A stretch of 64,000 nt of DNA from Selaginella moellendorffii (Eukaryota; Plantae; Lycopodiophyta), in contig NW_003314273.1 of the NCBI RefSeq assembly GCF_000143415.4, forward strand, positions 2,236,597 through 2,300,596, in the 5' to 3' direction. Below, piece after piece: positions 35,788 to 46,815 of this stretch. Below the pieces are notes generated by a model that saw nothing but the letters and a program-made list of their open reading frames with translations, did not search any database and was not told the origin of the DNA. Both the position numbers and the translations under genes were made by a program. The number at the start of each line of letters is the position of its first letter. The first letter of the stretch is position 1.

Positions 35788-37856
35788 CGCTCCCAAGCTC
35801 GATTCTTCCTCCCGATCGATCGATGAGGTGCTACGATCGCACGCGAGAATCGCGTGGAAATTGGGTGCTCTGTTCTTCCCCTTGTGTGGCGGCGAATTTC
35901 CGGTCCCCGCGTAATGCACGTCAATGTAGCTCTCGCTCTCACAATCGCGAGCGCTGCGATCGCTCACGCCGCCCTGGCCGCCACCACCGACACGAAATGT
36001 GAGCTAATGCAGCATCGCCGGGGCCCAAATCCGCACTTGGGCGCTGCCAATTCGCCCCGAAATCGATCGAATTCTCGCGCTTCCTGCTCGTGGGCCGTCG
36101 CGGCGCGAGCGTTTCTGCCCAGCCAAGACGAAGATTTTCCCTCGACTGGGAGCAAAGGAAAAAGCAAACGCCTCGCGGCTCGCGAGAGAGTGGAGTGAAA
36201 AAAATCGGCTAAAAACTAGGCTTTGCTTCTCTCCACAATGAGGGAAGACCAAAGAGTAGAGGCGGCCCCCTTAGAGGCACAGCCTCTTTGGACCGCGCCA
36301 GGCGCATCCGACGGTCAAGACGACGACACGTCGCTGGCCAAAGCAAAGGAGAAGATTCTCGCGCCTGCTGTCGTGGCGCCCGGCTATTGCGTCTCGCCCG
36401 GCTTCTCCGATGCCCGGCAACTTCGTAAGCCATAGCATGATCGAATCGGAGGGGCACGGGCTCCCCACGTGGACGAATTGCGTGCGCCGATGACGTGGTG
36501 TGCTGTCATCCCCGTGGCGGCGGGGGTTTGGTGAGGCAATGCTGCCGTGGCTTGCCACGACGGACGTTGATGTGGACGTGGCCAAGGTTATAAAGTCCAA
36601 GCTGGCGCGTGGACTGACTGGACTAGCGTTGACTCTCTACTTTTCATGTTTACTTCGAAGCTTCATGTCATAGCGTCCTTTGCCGACTTTGAATGGTCGT
36701 ATCACTATGAAGCTGCGGTGTAGCTTCATCGTGGAAGCTTTTTTTCTTGTGGGAAAAGAAAATACATTTTCCCAATCCTTGTGTATGTGAATCTCCACGA
36801 GCCGTCGTAGAAGATCCTACTTACAAGTTACAAGCTTTTCCACGTCTCTCGCGTCTCCAAACTACGACAACGCACACACACACACACCTTTGTAGATAGA
36901 TAAATAGATAGCTGTTTATGAAGGTCATGGAGATAAAAACGAAAGAAAACAAGAGTAAAACGATGGCTTTGAATTTTACCCATCGCACAAAAAAATAAAG
37001 ATTTGATCACATCGACTCCTCTCTCTCTCTCTCTCTCTGTGCTTGATTGATGTCAAGCAAGGATAGAAAGCGGCAATTTGTGCAAAGTTTAGACACGCAA
37101 GGATGATCGTTAGGTGTGTGACGAAAAGGGATTCGCATTTCTTCTTTCTTTTCTCTCGGCGGCCATGTCATTACGGAAATCCATGGGTGACACGGCACGA
37201 CGACCCCGGCAGCCAATCCCCGCCCTTGGCGCCTTTTACACGACACGTATTCCAGAGTTGACCCGGAAGCTACGAGGTCAGCCACGGTCAACCCCGCGTT
37301 TTCTAGGGCTGGCTTCGGCAAACAAACTACCAAAAGTGAGGATTCATCTGGGTTTGGTAACGCTCTGGTTTAACAAGAAAAGCTTTTGCTTTGTTGGTGA
37401 ACTAACGGACAGCACAGGTTTGGTCGTCTATAACACTTGGCATTTTAAAAGGTCCACGTATATAACCAAAGGTATATTCGTATACTGTAGAAAGGAAGGG
37501 AATAAATCTAAATAATAAACTAGATTGCAACCAAGGATAAGATCAACAACGTGTTACTTATATCCTCCATGCAAAGCAAAGGAACAAAAAAAGAGACTGT
37601 GGTGGAGGAATTGGGGGTCCAGTGTGACATCACAAATCACGCCAACAATTGGCAATTTGGCGGGCGGATTTTAAGTGGAACTCTCTTCTGTGACTATGCT
37701 CTTCTGCGGTGACTCAAACCATCTATCTTTCTTTTTCTCACTCTCACTCATTCATGCATTTATCAGTGTAATTTACAATAATAGCTGGGTAGATTGTTCC
37801 ACAGGAAAATTTATTATTGATATAGAATAGTGTTTTTTGGAATTTTTTTTGGATTT

Positions 37857-38753
37857 TTAGAGAGGTGGCGCCCTCTGAGGTAAACCCTTTCGTCGGCTGG
37901 GATTCCTTCTGTCAATGTTTGCGATAATGGGTGGAGGCGTTGGAGGCGACAAGCCGAGCAGCGTGGAGTCTGGAATTTTAGCGGCATTGATCCTGCTGCT
38001 GCTGCTGCTGCTGTCGGTGGCACTGGCACCATCAACTTTGCGATGATCCATGAAATCCTCGTATGCTTCGTGATCCAGTTGCTGTTGCTGTTGTTCTTGG
38101 TGTTGCTTTGGTTGTTGCTTGTTGCCACCATTCTTGTCTCGCTTGGGTTCCCGAGGCACGAATTTCTCGTTGAGATGGGTGATCCCCGCAAGCTAATCAC
38201 AAATCCATGGCAAGCATTACGGAGAGCAAAGAAAGGAAGGCGAACCTTGCAAGCCAGGGAGCAAAAGCGGTAGCTTTGTGGCAGGCTCCGCTCGCAGATC
38301 TCGCAAGTCTTGAGCGATGGTTTCACGGGCTTGATCTGCGGCCTGTGGTGGAGAAACACGACGCGGGCGCTGTTGATCACGTAGGTTTGGACGCCCGTGA
38401 TGTCCAGCACCTTGTGGATCTCCGAAACTCTAATCACATTGTGGTAGGACGAGCGTCTGATCTGGAAACAATGATCCAGAGTTATAACTAGAAAAATTAA
38501 AACCAATTTTCTATGATGGTGATGATTTGATCAAAACGTGATCATCACCCACCATGATATAACTTGCCTGGAGCATACGGTGATTTCGATGGTCAATCGT
38601 GCACGGGCAGCAAATTGCCTGGCCGGGGCAATCCAGGCAGTAGAGATTGCACTCGTTGCGGCTCAAATGTGGGTGCTTTTGGCACGAGTGGAAGAAATTG
38701 GTGTGGAGGAGTGGCTTGAGCCATCGCAGGGGATCATCGCAATTCCGGGACAT
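37857..38753 (-). CDS. PLATZ transcription factor 2 (tandem paralog; start codon uncertain)
   Basis: Exons 38753-38568, 38461-38246 and 38192-37857. Same PLATZ motifs, ending [10 protein letters not shown]. First intron is GC-AG. Confidence 0.9.
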
Positions 38754-40135
38754 CCCAATTGTTTCTAAATCAAGCAATCGATCGATCGATCGAATCTCCT
38801 ACAATGGCCACATTGTCACCTAGATCGCAGCGAGATTGGCGCATACCTTTCAAGTCTCTGCTCGATCAATCAATGTGGATCGAAGGATCGAAGGAAACGA
38901 AGTCGCCTGAGTGAGAGCGCGCTCCTCTCTGCTCGATCGTGCAATGTGGGGAGGAATTGAAGTGGGGATTGTGGGGAATTAGGTGAAGTGGGGGTGTCAA
39001 GGGTGGGGAATTAGGCGAAACCAACCATCGCCATCCCCGCGATTTACCCTTCGTGCGACTGCGGCAAAATGTAGGAAGCTACCGCGCCCGAAAATTCCAT
39101 ACCGCGATCGATCACTCACGATCTCGCGCGCCGAGGGAGAGTTCTAGTGCGGCGATAAAACCGGGACGAATCCTGGCAAATCTAGGGCGCAAAAGAAGAG
39201 AAAGCCGTGGCGACTACCGCCTCCTCCATCATTGGTGAGGAACGAGAGCACTGAGGAAGAGGGAGACGTACGGAATGCGACCGGCTGGAGCCGGTTTGCC
39301 CGCGAGAGAGATTCTCCATTTTCATGCCACGTCATGAGCTTTATGGACGGCGGCGGACCAGGTACTCTTTTGGCCGTGGGGCTGACGTGGCAAAAGCGAC
39401 CCAAATAATTGGCCAGTGGAGGACCCTTTCAAAGTTATGAATTTGGGATTACAAGGCTTTAGAGGAAGAGAACTGGACGAAGTCTTTTCTCTTTGATTGT
39501 TTGACCCAAAGACAAATTTTTTTTAAAAAAAATTTAATTTTTTTTTTTTTTGTTTTTTGTTTTGGCGCTGAGAGATTGAGTGCTTGGTTCGTGCTGCTGG
39601 TCCCCCCGAAAGATTGGGCCTTTCCCCTTTTTTTTAATTTGGCGAGAGAGCAAATGCGGTGTCGTAGCTATCAAAGCCAAAACGAACGAGAACAAAATTG
39701 GAAAAGATGAACGTACTACAATAGATTGCGAGCTAAACTACACGCAAGAACGACGAGCCCTCCAATTCCAGGCTCCAAAAGTGGCAAAGGATCGCATATA
39801 GATATAATACTTTGGGAAGTGGAAGCTCCTAGCCCCCTTGGGCTGGAAATCTGGAAAGGGAGAATCTCTAGAGAGGAGCTAAAGCTGTGAGAAGCCTTTG
39901 CACGTACGGGAAAGAAGAATTGGAGGCTGGGAGATGAGCTAGGTATCGCTATTGCAAACATGACTCACTCTGATCATGAGCAGCGATCAAGAGCCACATT
40001 GTGGAGTTCTCATTCCATCTCCAATTCGTCACAGCAAATGGTTTGGGACCAGATTACCATAAGCTTGGTCGATTCCCTGGCAATCTGCCCTTAAGCCATG
40101 GATCATCGGTGTTGGAGATGAAAGGTTTGCTCTTT

Positions 40136-40208
40136 GACACGTGGCAGACACGTAAGCGCCACGTAGGCAATAAAAGTTTTTAGGGCTTTGGCCGTCATGA
40201 GCCCTAAT
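40136..40208 (+). promoter_or_regulatory. Putative RPS24 proximal promoter with ACGT/G-boxes and telo-box-like motifs
   Basis: gacacgtggc, acacgta and ccacgta cluster, followed by tttagggc and gccctaat just upstream of the ATG. Confidence 0.4.
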
Positions 40209-40231
40209 CCAGGGAGAGGGGAGAGCGCGCG

Positions 40232-40899
40232 ATGGCGGATCGCAACTACACTGTCCGCACGCGCAAGTTCATGACGAATCGTCTCCTCCTTCGCAGGCAA
40301 TTTGTAAGTGCCGATCGTCAGTTTTTCGAGCTGATTTAACACGGTTGAGCAGGTCGTGGAGGTTCTTCATCCGGGGCGAGCCAATGTTTCCAAGGTGGGA
40401 TGGATTTGTAGATTGTTTTCGAGCCTAGGCTAAGAGAATGTGGGTTGTGGATCGGTCGGACAGGCTGAGCTCCGGGAGAAGCTGGCCAAGGTTTACGAGG
40501 TCCGTGATCCCCAGGCGGTGTTCGTGTTTGGGATGAGAACCAAGTTTGGCGGCGGAAAGTCGTCGGGATTCGGTCTCATCTACGACTCGGTCGAGGCTGC
40601 CAAGAAGTTCGAGCCCAAGTATCGGCTTGTCAGGGTGAGTGAAGTGAGCTCATGGTTTCTCGACTTGCGCTCTAACTCTGGAAGCTTTTCCCCTTGCATC
40701 TTTTGCAGAACGGACTTGCAACCAGGGAGCAGAAGTCGAGGAAGCAGCTCAAGGAGAGGAAGAACAGGGCCAAGAAGATCCGCGGAGTGAAGAAGGTCTG
40801 CTTTCTCTCTCTCTCTCTCTCTCTCCATTGATGTGCTTGCTTGCTCCCATTCAGGTCAAGGCTTCTGGAGAGGCTCAAAAGGCAGGAAAGAAGAAGTGA
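40232..40899 (+). CDS. RPS24: 40S ribosomal protein S24 (eS24), 5 exons
   Basis: [24 protein letters not shown]|[14 protein letters not shown]|AELREKLA...[30 protein letters not shown]|[23 protein letters not shown]. Confidence 0.96.
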
Positions 40900-41454
40900 T
40901 GTGATTTCCAGGTAGTTTTCTTGAAATTAACCGGGCTTAGCGCGAGGCTTTCTAAGTCAAAAGAAGAAGTGTCGAGATCAAATGTATTCTCTCTCTCTCT
41001 CTCTCGCTTTCTTTCCAAGCATCAAGCGTCTCGTGGTGTGTATTTACTTTCCAAGCGTCAAGCGGCTCGTGGTCTATGAGTTTTTCGCTGCGTCAAAGGT
41101 TATGGATACAAGAGCGGAGATAATTCGTGAAGAACTTTTTCAAGGTTGTAAAGATTTGGATCCAAAGAAGCAACACCACGTTTTCTTTAGTGTGATCGTG
41201 TCTTACGACTGTCGTGACAATGTATAACATGCGACAACAAAGAGGAAAGCAATTCTAACAGTGATTTCAATAGGATTTTATAGAAACCTGCCGGGAGAAT
41301 GTTCCTGAAAATTTACATTGAAAATATCTTAATCGATTTCGGACCATAGGTTTTTATAGAAAGGTGGGATGGATAGATTTAGCACCAAGCCTTTGTATAA
41401 ATCCTGAGGAATTCTAAACGTAAAACATCTTTCATTTGATCAATCAATTTTCTA

Positions 41455-42033
41455 ATGGCAACTTCAGTGGTGTCTTCCTTGGTATTTTTCTCCTTGTTGG
41501 CTCAAGTTTCTGTGGGTTTGCTGGTACAGTACGGTTCCACCACGGTCGGGAATGGCAATTTCATCCCCTTGAGCAGTACTGACGCGGCCCCCACTGTTGA
41601 TATCCAAGGATTTGGGAAGAATGGCACTGCTCGTCTTTTCTCGGTGGTCATGGCGGATCAAAAGGCACTGGTAGCACCAAACAAAGTTTACCCCTACATC
41701 AACTTCTGGATCGCAAACATCCCAGCGGGTAGCACTGGTAAGTGTAGAACAAGACTAAGACAAATCTATTGATCATGGCTTGGCTTTGCAGGAGCTGTGA
41801 AGAGCAGCATTTTGGAGCCTTATGTTGCTCCTTCCAATACCAGCAAGAACATCCCATACCAAAATCCATTCAGTGCAAAGAACCATACTTACGATTTTGT
41901 GCTAGTCCCGCAGAGGAATCCCTTGGTGAAGCCCATGGATAGTCGAATTGTCAACTCGCTGGCGGATATAATTCAGCAGTACCATTGTGGAAGCCCTCTC
42001 CAGACTGTCTCCTTCACCACCTCGCTCGCTTGA
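41455..42033 (+). CDS. Divergent PEBP (FT/TFL1/MFT-superfamily fold) with N-terminal signal peptide, 174 aa
   Basis: Exons 41455-41737 and 41792-42033 (GT-AG). VQYG..VGNG..IPLS..PTVDI.G..LFSVVMAD..YINFWIANIPA..Y.AP..HTYDFVLVPQ..N..Y..GSP..F follows the PEBP motif order. Confidence 0.8.
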
Positions 42034-42675
42034 TGTCATTCACTAAAAGGTTGATATTTATCAACTTAGCTTAATGAAATATAATAATTTTAGGTCGATC
42101 AAAGAATCAAAACGTATGAAAGATGGATCATGAAAAACATCCATCATGCCTGATTCAAGGAGCACAGGCATCGAAAACTTGTGCATGATTGCAACTCATG
42201 GATTACGTGCTGTGATCAACAAGAACATCGCACCATGGGATCAACTTCGCCCATTTTTGGAAGTTTGAATGACATTCTCCCCTACTGCGATGATTCTTAA
42301 AGCTACGACTGATCCGCCAGTAAGTGTAAAATTTGTCTCCCTCGACACTTTCTTTGTATCCGGAGTAGCCGAGCCCCTACTTGAAATGTCCATGGATTCC
42401 AAAATCACACCTCTTGCTGACCACCTGTTTTTTATGCTCGTACCTTCGCAAAACAACATAGCAATAGTTCAAGAAAAACAAATGAAAGAAAAAGGACACA
42501 GACGTACCGCATACGAGAAGGGACTACGTCCATCCAATTCCAGGCTCCAAATGTTGCCATTCTTGTCGAGAATTCTATGGCCCAGCCCAGGAGAGACTCT
42601 TCCCGTTTAGCCTACAGCTCCTCGTAGTATATACACGCGTTACGTAAAAAGAGGAATGGAGCGAGAGAATGCCTA

Positions 42676-45600
42676 TTATGCAGGTGCCCTGGACCTTGCG
42701 CGATTGATAGCTTGCCTGTAAAGCTCGATGTACTGATCAGCGGAGGAGTCCCAGCTAAAGTCTAGCCGCATTGTCTTCTTCACAAGCTGTTGCCACCACC
42801 CGGGCTTTTCCAAGTAGTACTTGATTGCACGATCTAGTGCGTAGTTCAATCCCTGCGATGCAAACAATGGTTTATGGAAAAAGTATTTCAGAAAACAGCT
42901 AGTTGTACCTGAATTTCAGCCGCCGAGAAGCTAAATCCATTGCGTTTTTCTTCCGAAATCGTCGTGTCATCGACGTCAAAGACACTGCACAGAACGTAGG
43001 AGAGCGTCAAGCAGCTCGTCATCATGCATTTGACGGAGAAAAGAACAAAGAGAAAAGAAAGACCTGTCATTTAGACCGCCTGTTCTACGTACTACTGGGA
43101 TGGACCCATATCTCATGGCAATCATCTGCGCGACAAGGAAAGGATCTTCTTAGTTTGACAATTGAGGATAGCTACTTGCCTGAGTCAGTCCACATGGTTC
43201 AAACACCGATGGAATGACGAAAATGTCCGAAGCCGCGTAGATTGAATGTGCCAAAGGCTCGTCGTACTTTAGCAGCAACCGCACATCCGAATGGCCTTCA
43301 AACTTGTAAGAAAGTGCTTCAAATTCACGCTGTAGTGCAGTAAAATGTCAGGAACTGAAAAGATGAAAAGAAAGTCACTCGAACGCACCTGAATTTCAGG
43401 AACAGGACTAGACCCCAGCAGAACAAATTGTCCACCTTTTTCTGCAGTGTGATATATTGCATGTCTTATCAAATGTACGCCTTTCTGGGGTACAAGCCTA
43501 GTGATGCATCCTATCTGAAATCCTGGTCTTAAAATCTCACAAAACAAGAATAGAAAAAAACTTACCAAGGGCCGTTTTTTGTCGACATTTAGTCTCAATT
43601 GAGATTGAAGAGAAGCCTTGTTGGCTGCTTTGCCACTCAAATCTTCTGCACTGTATTGGTGCTGCAGTATAGGATCATATGAAGGATCCCAGGCTTCAAC
43701 ATCAATTCCATTCAAAATTCCATAGAACTTGTTTGAATGTACAGAGAGTGCGACTTGCAGTCCTCGGCCGGCCTGCACAACAAAGTCGTCAAGTCAAGTC
43801 ATACGTAGTGATTAATTCTATTCTCAGTGAGTCAGATGTGTACCTCCGGCGATCTGACTTCTTGAGCATAAGTTGGAGAAACGGTCGTGACAATGTTTGA
43901 GAAAACGATACCTCCCTGAGAATAAAACATGAGAAAAACAGGAGGACTGTAAAAATACCACCTTCAACAGGTTCACTCTATCATGCATGAAACTGTCCTG
44001 CATTCGATCCTGTCTGAATTGCTGCTGCACGTTCAAGCCAAAGGCAGCCAAAGCTGCAGGAGATTCCGTGCCTTGATACTCAAAATTGTGGCATGTGAAT
44101 GCCAACCGAGCTGAATTCAATCCTAAAGGAACATAAATGTCCCAATATAATGGTGCCTGAAATGTGAAGTTAGTCCGAAACCAAGTTACATAAGAGTAAA
44201 ATACATACTACTGCTGCAGAAGTCCAGTCATGGCTGTGGATTATGTCAGGCCTTTTGTTGCTTTGCAGAAGAAACTCTAAAGCAGCACGGCAGAAATACG
44301 TAAACCTCCTAAAGTCGTCTCTTTCACCATAGACGGTGCGCCTCGTGAAGAAATTTGCCGGATGAAAGGGCTCAATAAAATAAACAGGGAGACCTGCAAG
44401 CGCAAATTGCTCAAGCGTAACAAGTATGACGAGATTCTGATCACCTTCAACAGTGCCCAGCCAAACTTTGTTTTTGAAAGTTTTGTTGTCGAAAAACGAT
44501 AAAAGCTCCATATCTAGAACCTATCAAGTAGAGATGGCTGAGGGACCGGTAGAAAAAATCAATACCTTCAAGTTTTTTATGCGATCGTAATCCATGCAGT
44601 CGTATTTGGGAAGGATGATCTCAACCAAGTGGTCTTTCCTTTGCAAGGATCGGCTTAAACCAGTCACAACATCCCCCAGGCCACCAACCTGGTAATACCA
44701 AGATTGGTTATATCAGACGCTTATACAACCACAATTTTACCTTCGCAACTGGTGCCATTTCTGCTGCGATGTGAACAACGTACAGCCCCGGCCTGCGAGT
44801 GAAGAATGCAAGAATGAAAAGGAAGCACTCTCATTCCAGACACTAACCTCTTTCGATCGTTGACAAGCTTCAAGAGACCAGACATGATCTCCTCGTTGCT
44901 CTTTTCCTGCAGCTGGACAAATGCATCTCGAAGTCGTGCATCTCTGCGCCATGCCATTAGCATTAGTTCCTCGCCATCCTCAACAGTGATAACTTTATCC
45001 AGCATCCACGCATCTATACGAAGATGTATACCCGTCCAGAAATCCCATGGCATTTCTCCTGCTGGAACCTGTAATATCCCCGACTTTTTTTCTGATTTCA
45101 GACGCTCAAGCCTGGCCTGAAAGCCTTCCACCTCCGCTTGATAAGTTTGCAGCTGTGCTCGTATTTCGGCATCCGATTCCAGTAGCCGGTGCTGTAACAG
45201 CTGAACCTGTTCCTTGAGAGCTTTCTTGTCAGCTTGAGCGTGTTCTAGAAGTATTTTCTGACTCTCGGCCTGAGCCAATTGTACTAGCAGCTTCTTGACC
45301 TGTTCTTGTAGCATGCGGTTCTCCAAAAGTAGCCTATCGTTTGTGCTTCCAACAGCTTCCGAGCCAGTCGTCGTAGGAGAAAGCATTTGCTCGGACAGTT
45401 TGAATGCTTCTGTAGCTGATAGCTCGGCAACTTGAAGCTCCATTTGCAGCTTACGAATATTTTCCTTGAGTGTATCGTTTTCAGCCTTTGCGTTCTTGAG
45501 GTCCGTAAGGGACACCGTGTTCTCTTCCAGCCTCGACTCTAACGACTGGAGCCTGTCTTGAAGCTCTGTTTTATCATTTTGTAGTTGTTTCAGCAGCTCA

Positions 45601-46590
45601 TCCTTGCTTCTCAGATCGGCAAGACTTGCTTTCAGTGATTCCACCTCCTCCTCAAATTTAGTACCTTTGAGACTAGAGCTTTTGGTTGTCAGGGCCTGTT
45701 GTTGCGAGTCCTCTTTCTCCTTCAGCTTCTTTTGGAGGATTTGCACCTCGTCCTGGAGCATTTCATTCTTTAATCTCTCTTGCTCGGCCAGCTTTATCTT
45801 TGCACTTGACTCGGCCAGCCTCGTCCGCAACACCTCTACTTCTGCTCGCAAGCTATCCTTCTCCCGGCGAGATTCCTGGAGGTCTTTGAGCGCTCGAGCT
45901 CGGACCTGGTTCAAGAGTAGAATATCTTCAACCAGAACATTTCAATCAGGACGTGAACACGATCGAAAACTCAAGGCCTGTTAAGGACAGTACCCACTTT
46001 TTTCGGCTTCTCTGATCATTAGCAGCAGGTCTTCAATGCTAACACTGAAGGACCGCTTCTCTTCCACGTCCAGACTTTCCTCAGTCTATACAAAAAGAAG
46101 GAAGAAAAGAACGTATGAGAAAGTTGGTATTTCAAACTGCTGCTATGGAGAACCTTGGAGTCCTTCGATGGAAAGAATGGACCGTTTGCCAGCATTTGGA
46201 CATTCTTCTCCCCCTCGGAGCCCTCATCTCTCGCCTCTTCCGATGGAAAATCCTCGGCATCAACCGCGAGACGCTCTCGGGCGCTCTTCTCCGCTTGTAA
46301 TCTTTTCCTGCGAGGTAGCGAGTCAGAGAAGAGAAAGAAGAAAAGCGAGAAAGAATGCTCTACAAGGATTTCGATGGATAATACCTTAGATTCTTGTGGC
46401 GCAGCCGGCAGGACGTGAAGACGAGCCTCGGGCATGGATTGCAATGGCCGATCCAGGAGTCCCCGTGCAGCTTCCTCAAGCTGGCGATGGAGCTGAGCGA
46501 TCGCGCCGCCGCGACGGTAATCATCCCCCCGGTGGTGAGGGCCATCTCTGTGCTCATCCAGAGAGAATTTGGGGCGGCATTGGCGATCAT
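42676..46590 (-). CDS. SS4: Soluble starch synthase 4 (GT5) with N-terminal coiled coil, multi-exon
   Basis: Transit-peptide-like start, long coiled-coil exon, [11 protein letters not shown]|[37 protein letters not shown] and [11 protein letters not shown]. Confidence 0.93.
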
Positions 46591-46815
46591 CACCCCGCCT
46601 CCGCCATAGCCACAGCGAGCCAACCACAGAGTCACGATTTATTCGCTTAGGGATTTCGATAAAAGGGAAACGCTAAAAAATATACCGTACTACAATAATC
46701 ACAAAATTCCGTACAATGGAAGTTTGTGAAAAAGTAAAACACTGTTCTTTCAGCATCATCATCATCATCCTATAGACAAGGTGGTGTTTTTGTGATGGTA
46801 CAAAAGCATCAATTT

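Noticed and set aside
42070-42650. Short ORFs between the PEBP gene and SS4
   Set aside because: No recognisable domain; could be UTR or decayed sequence.
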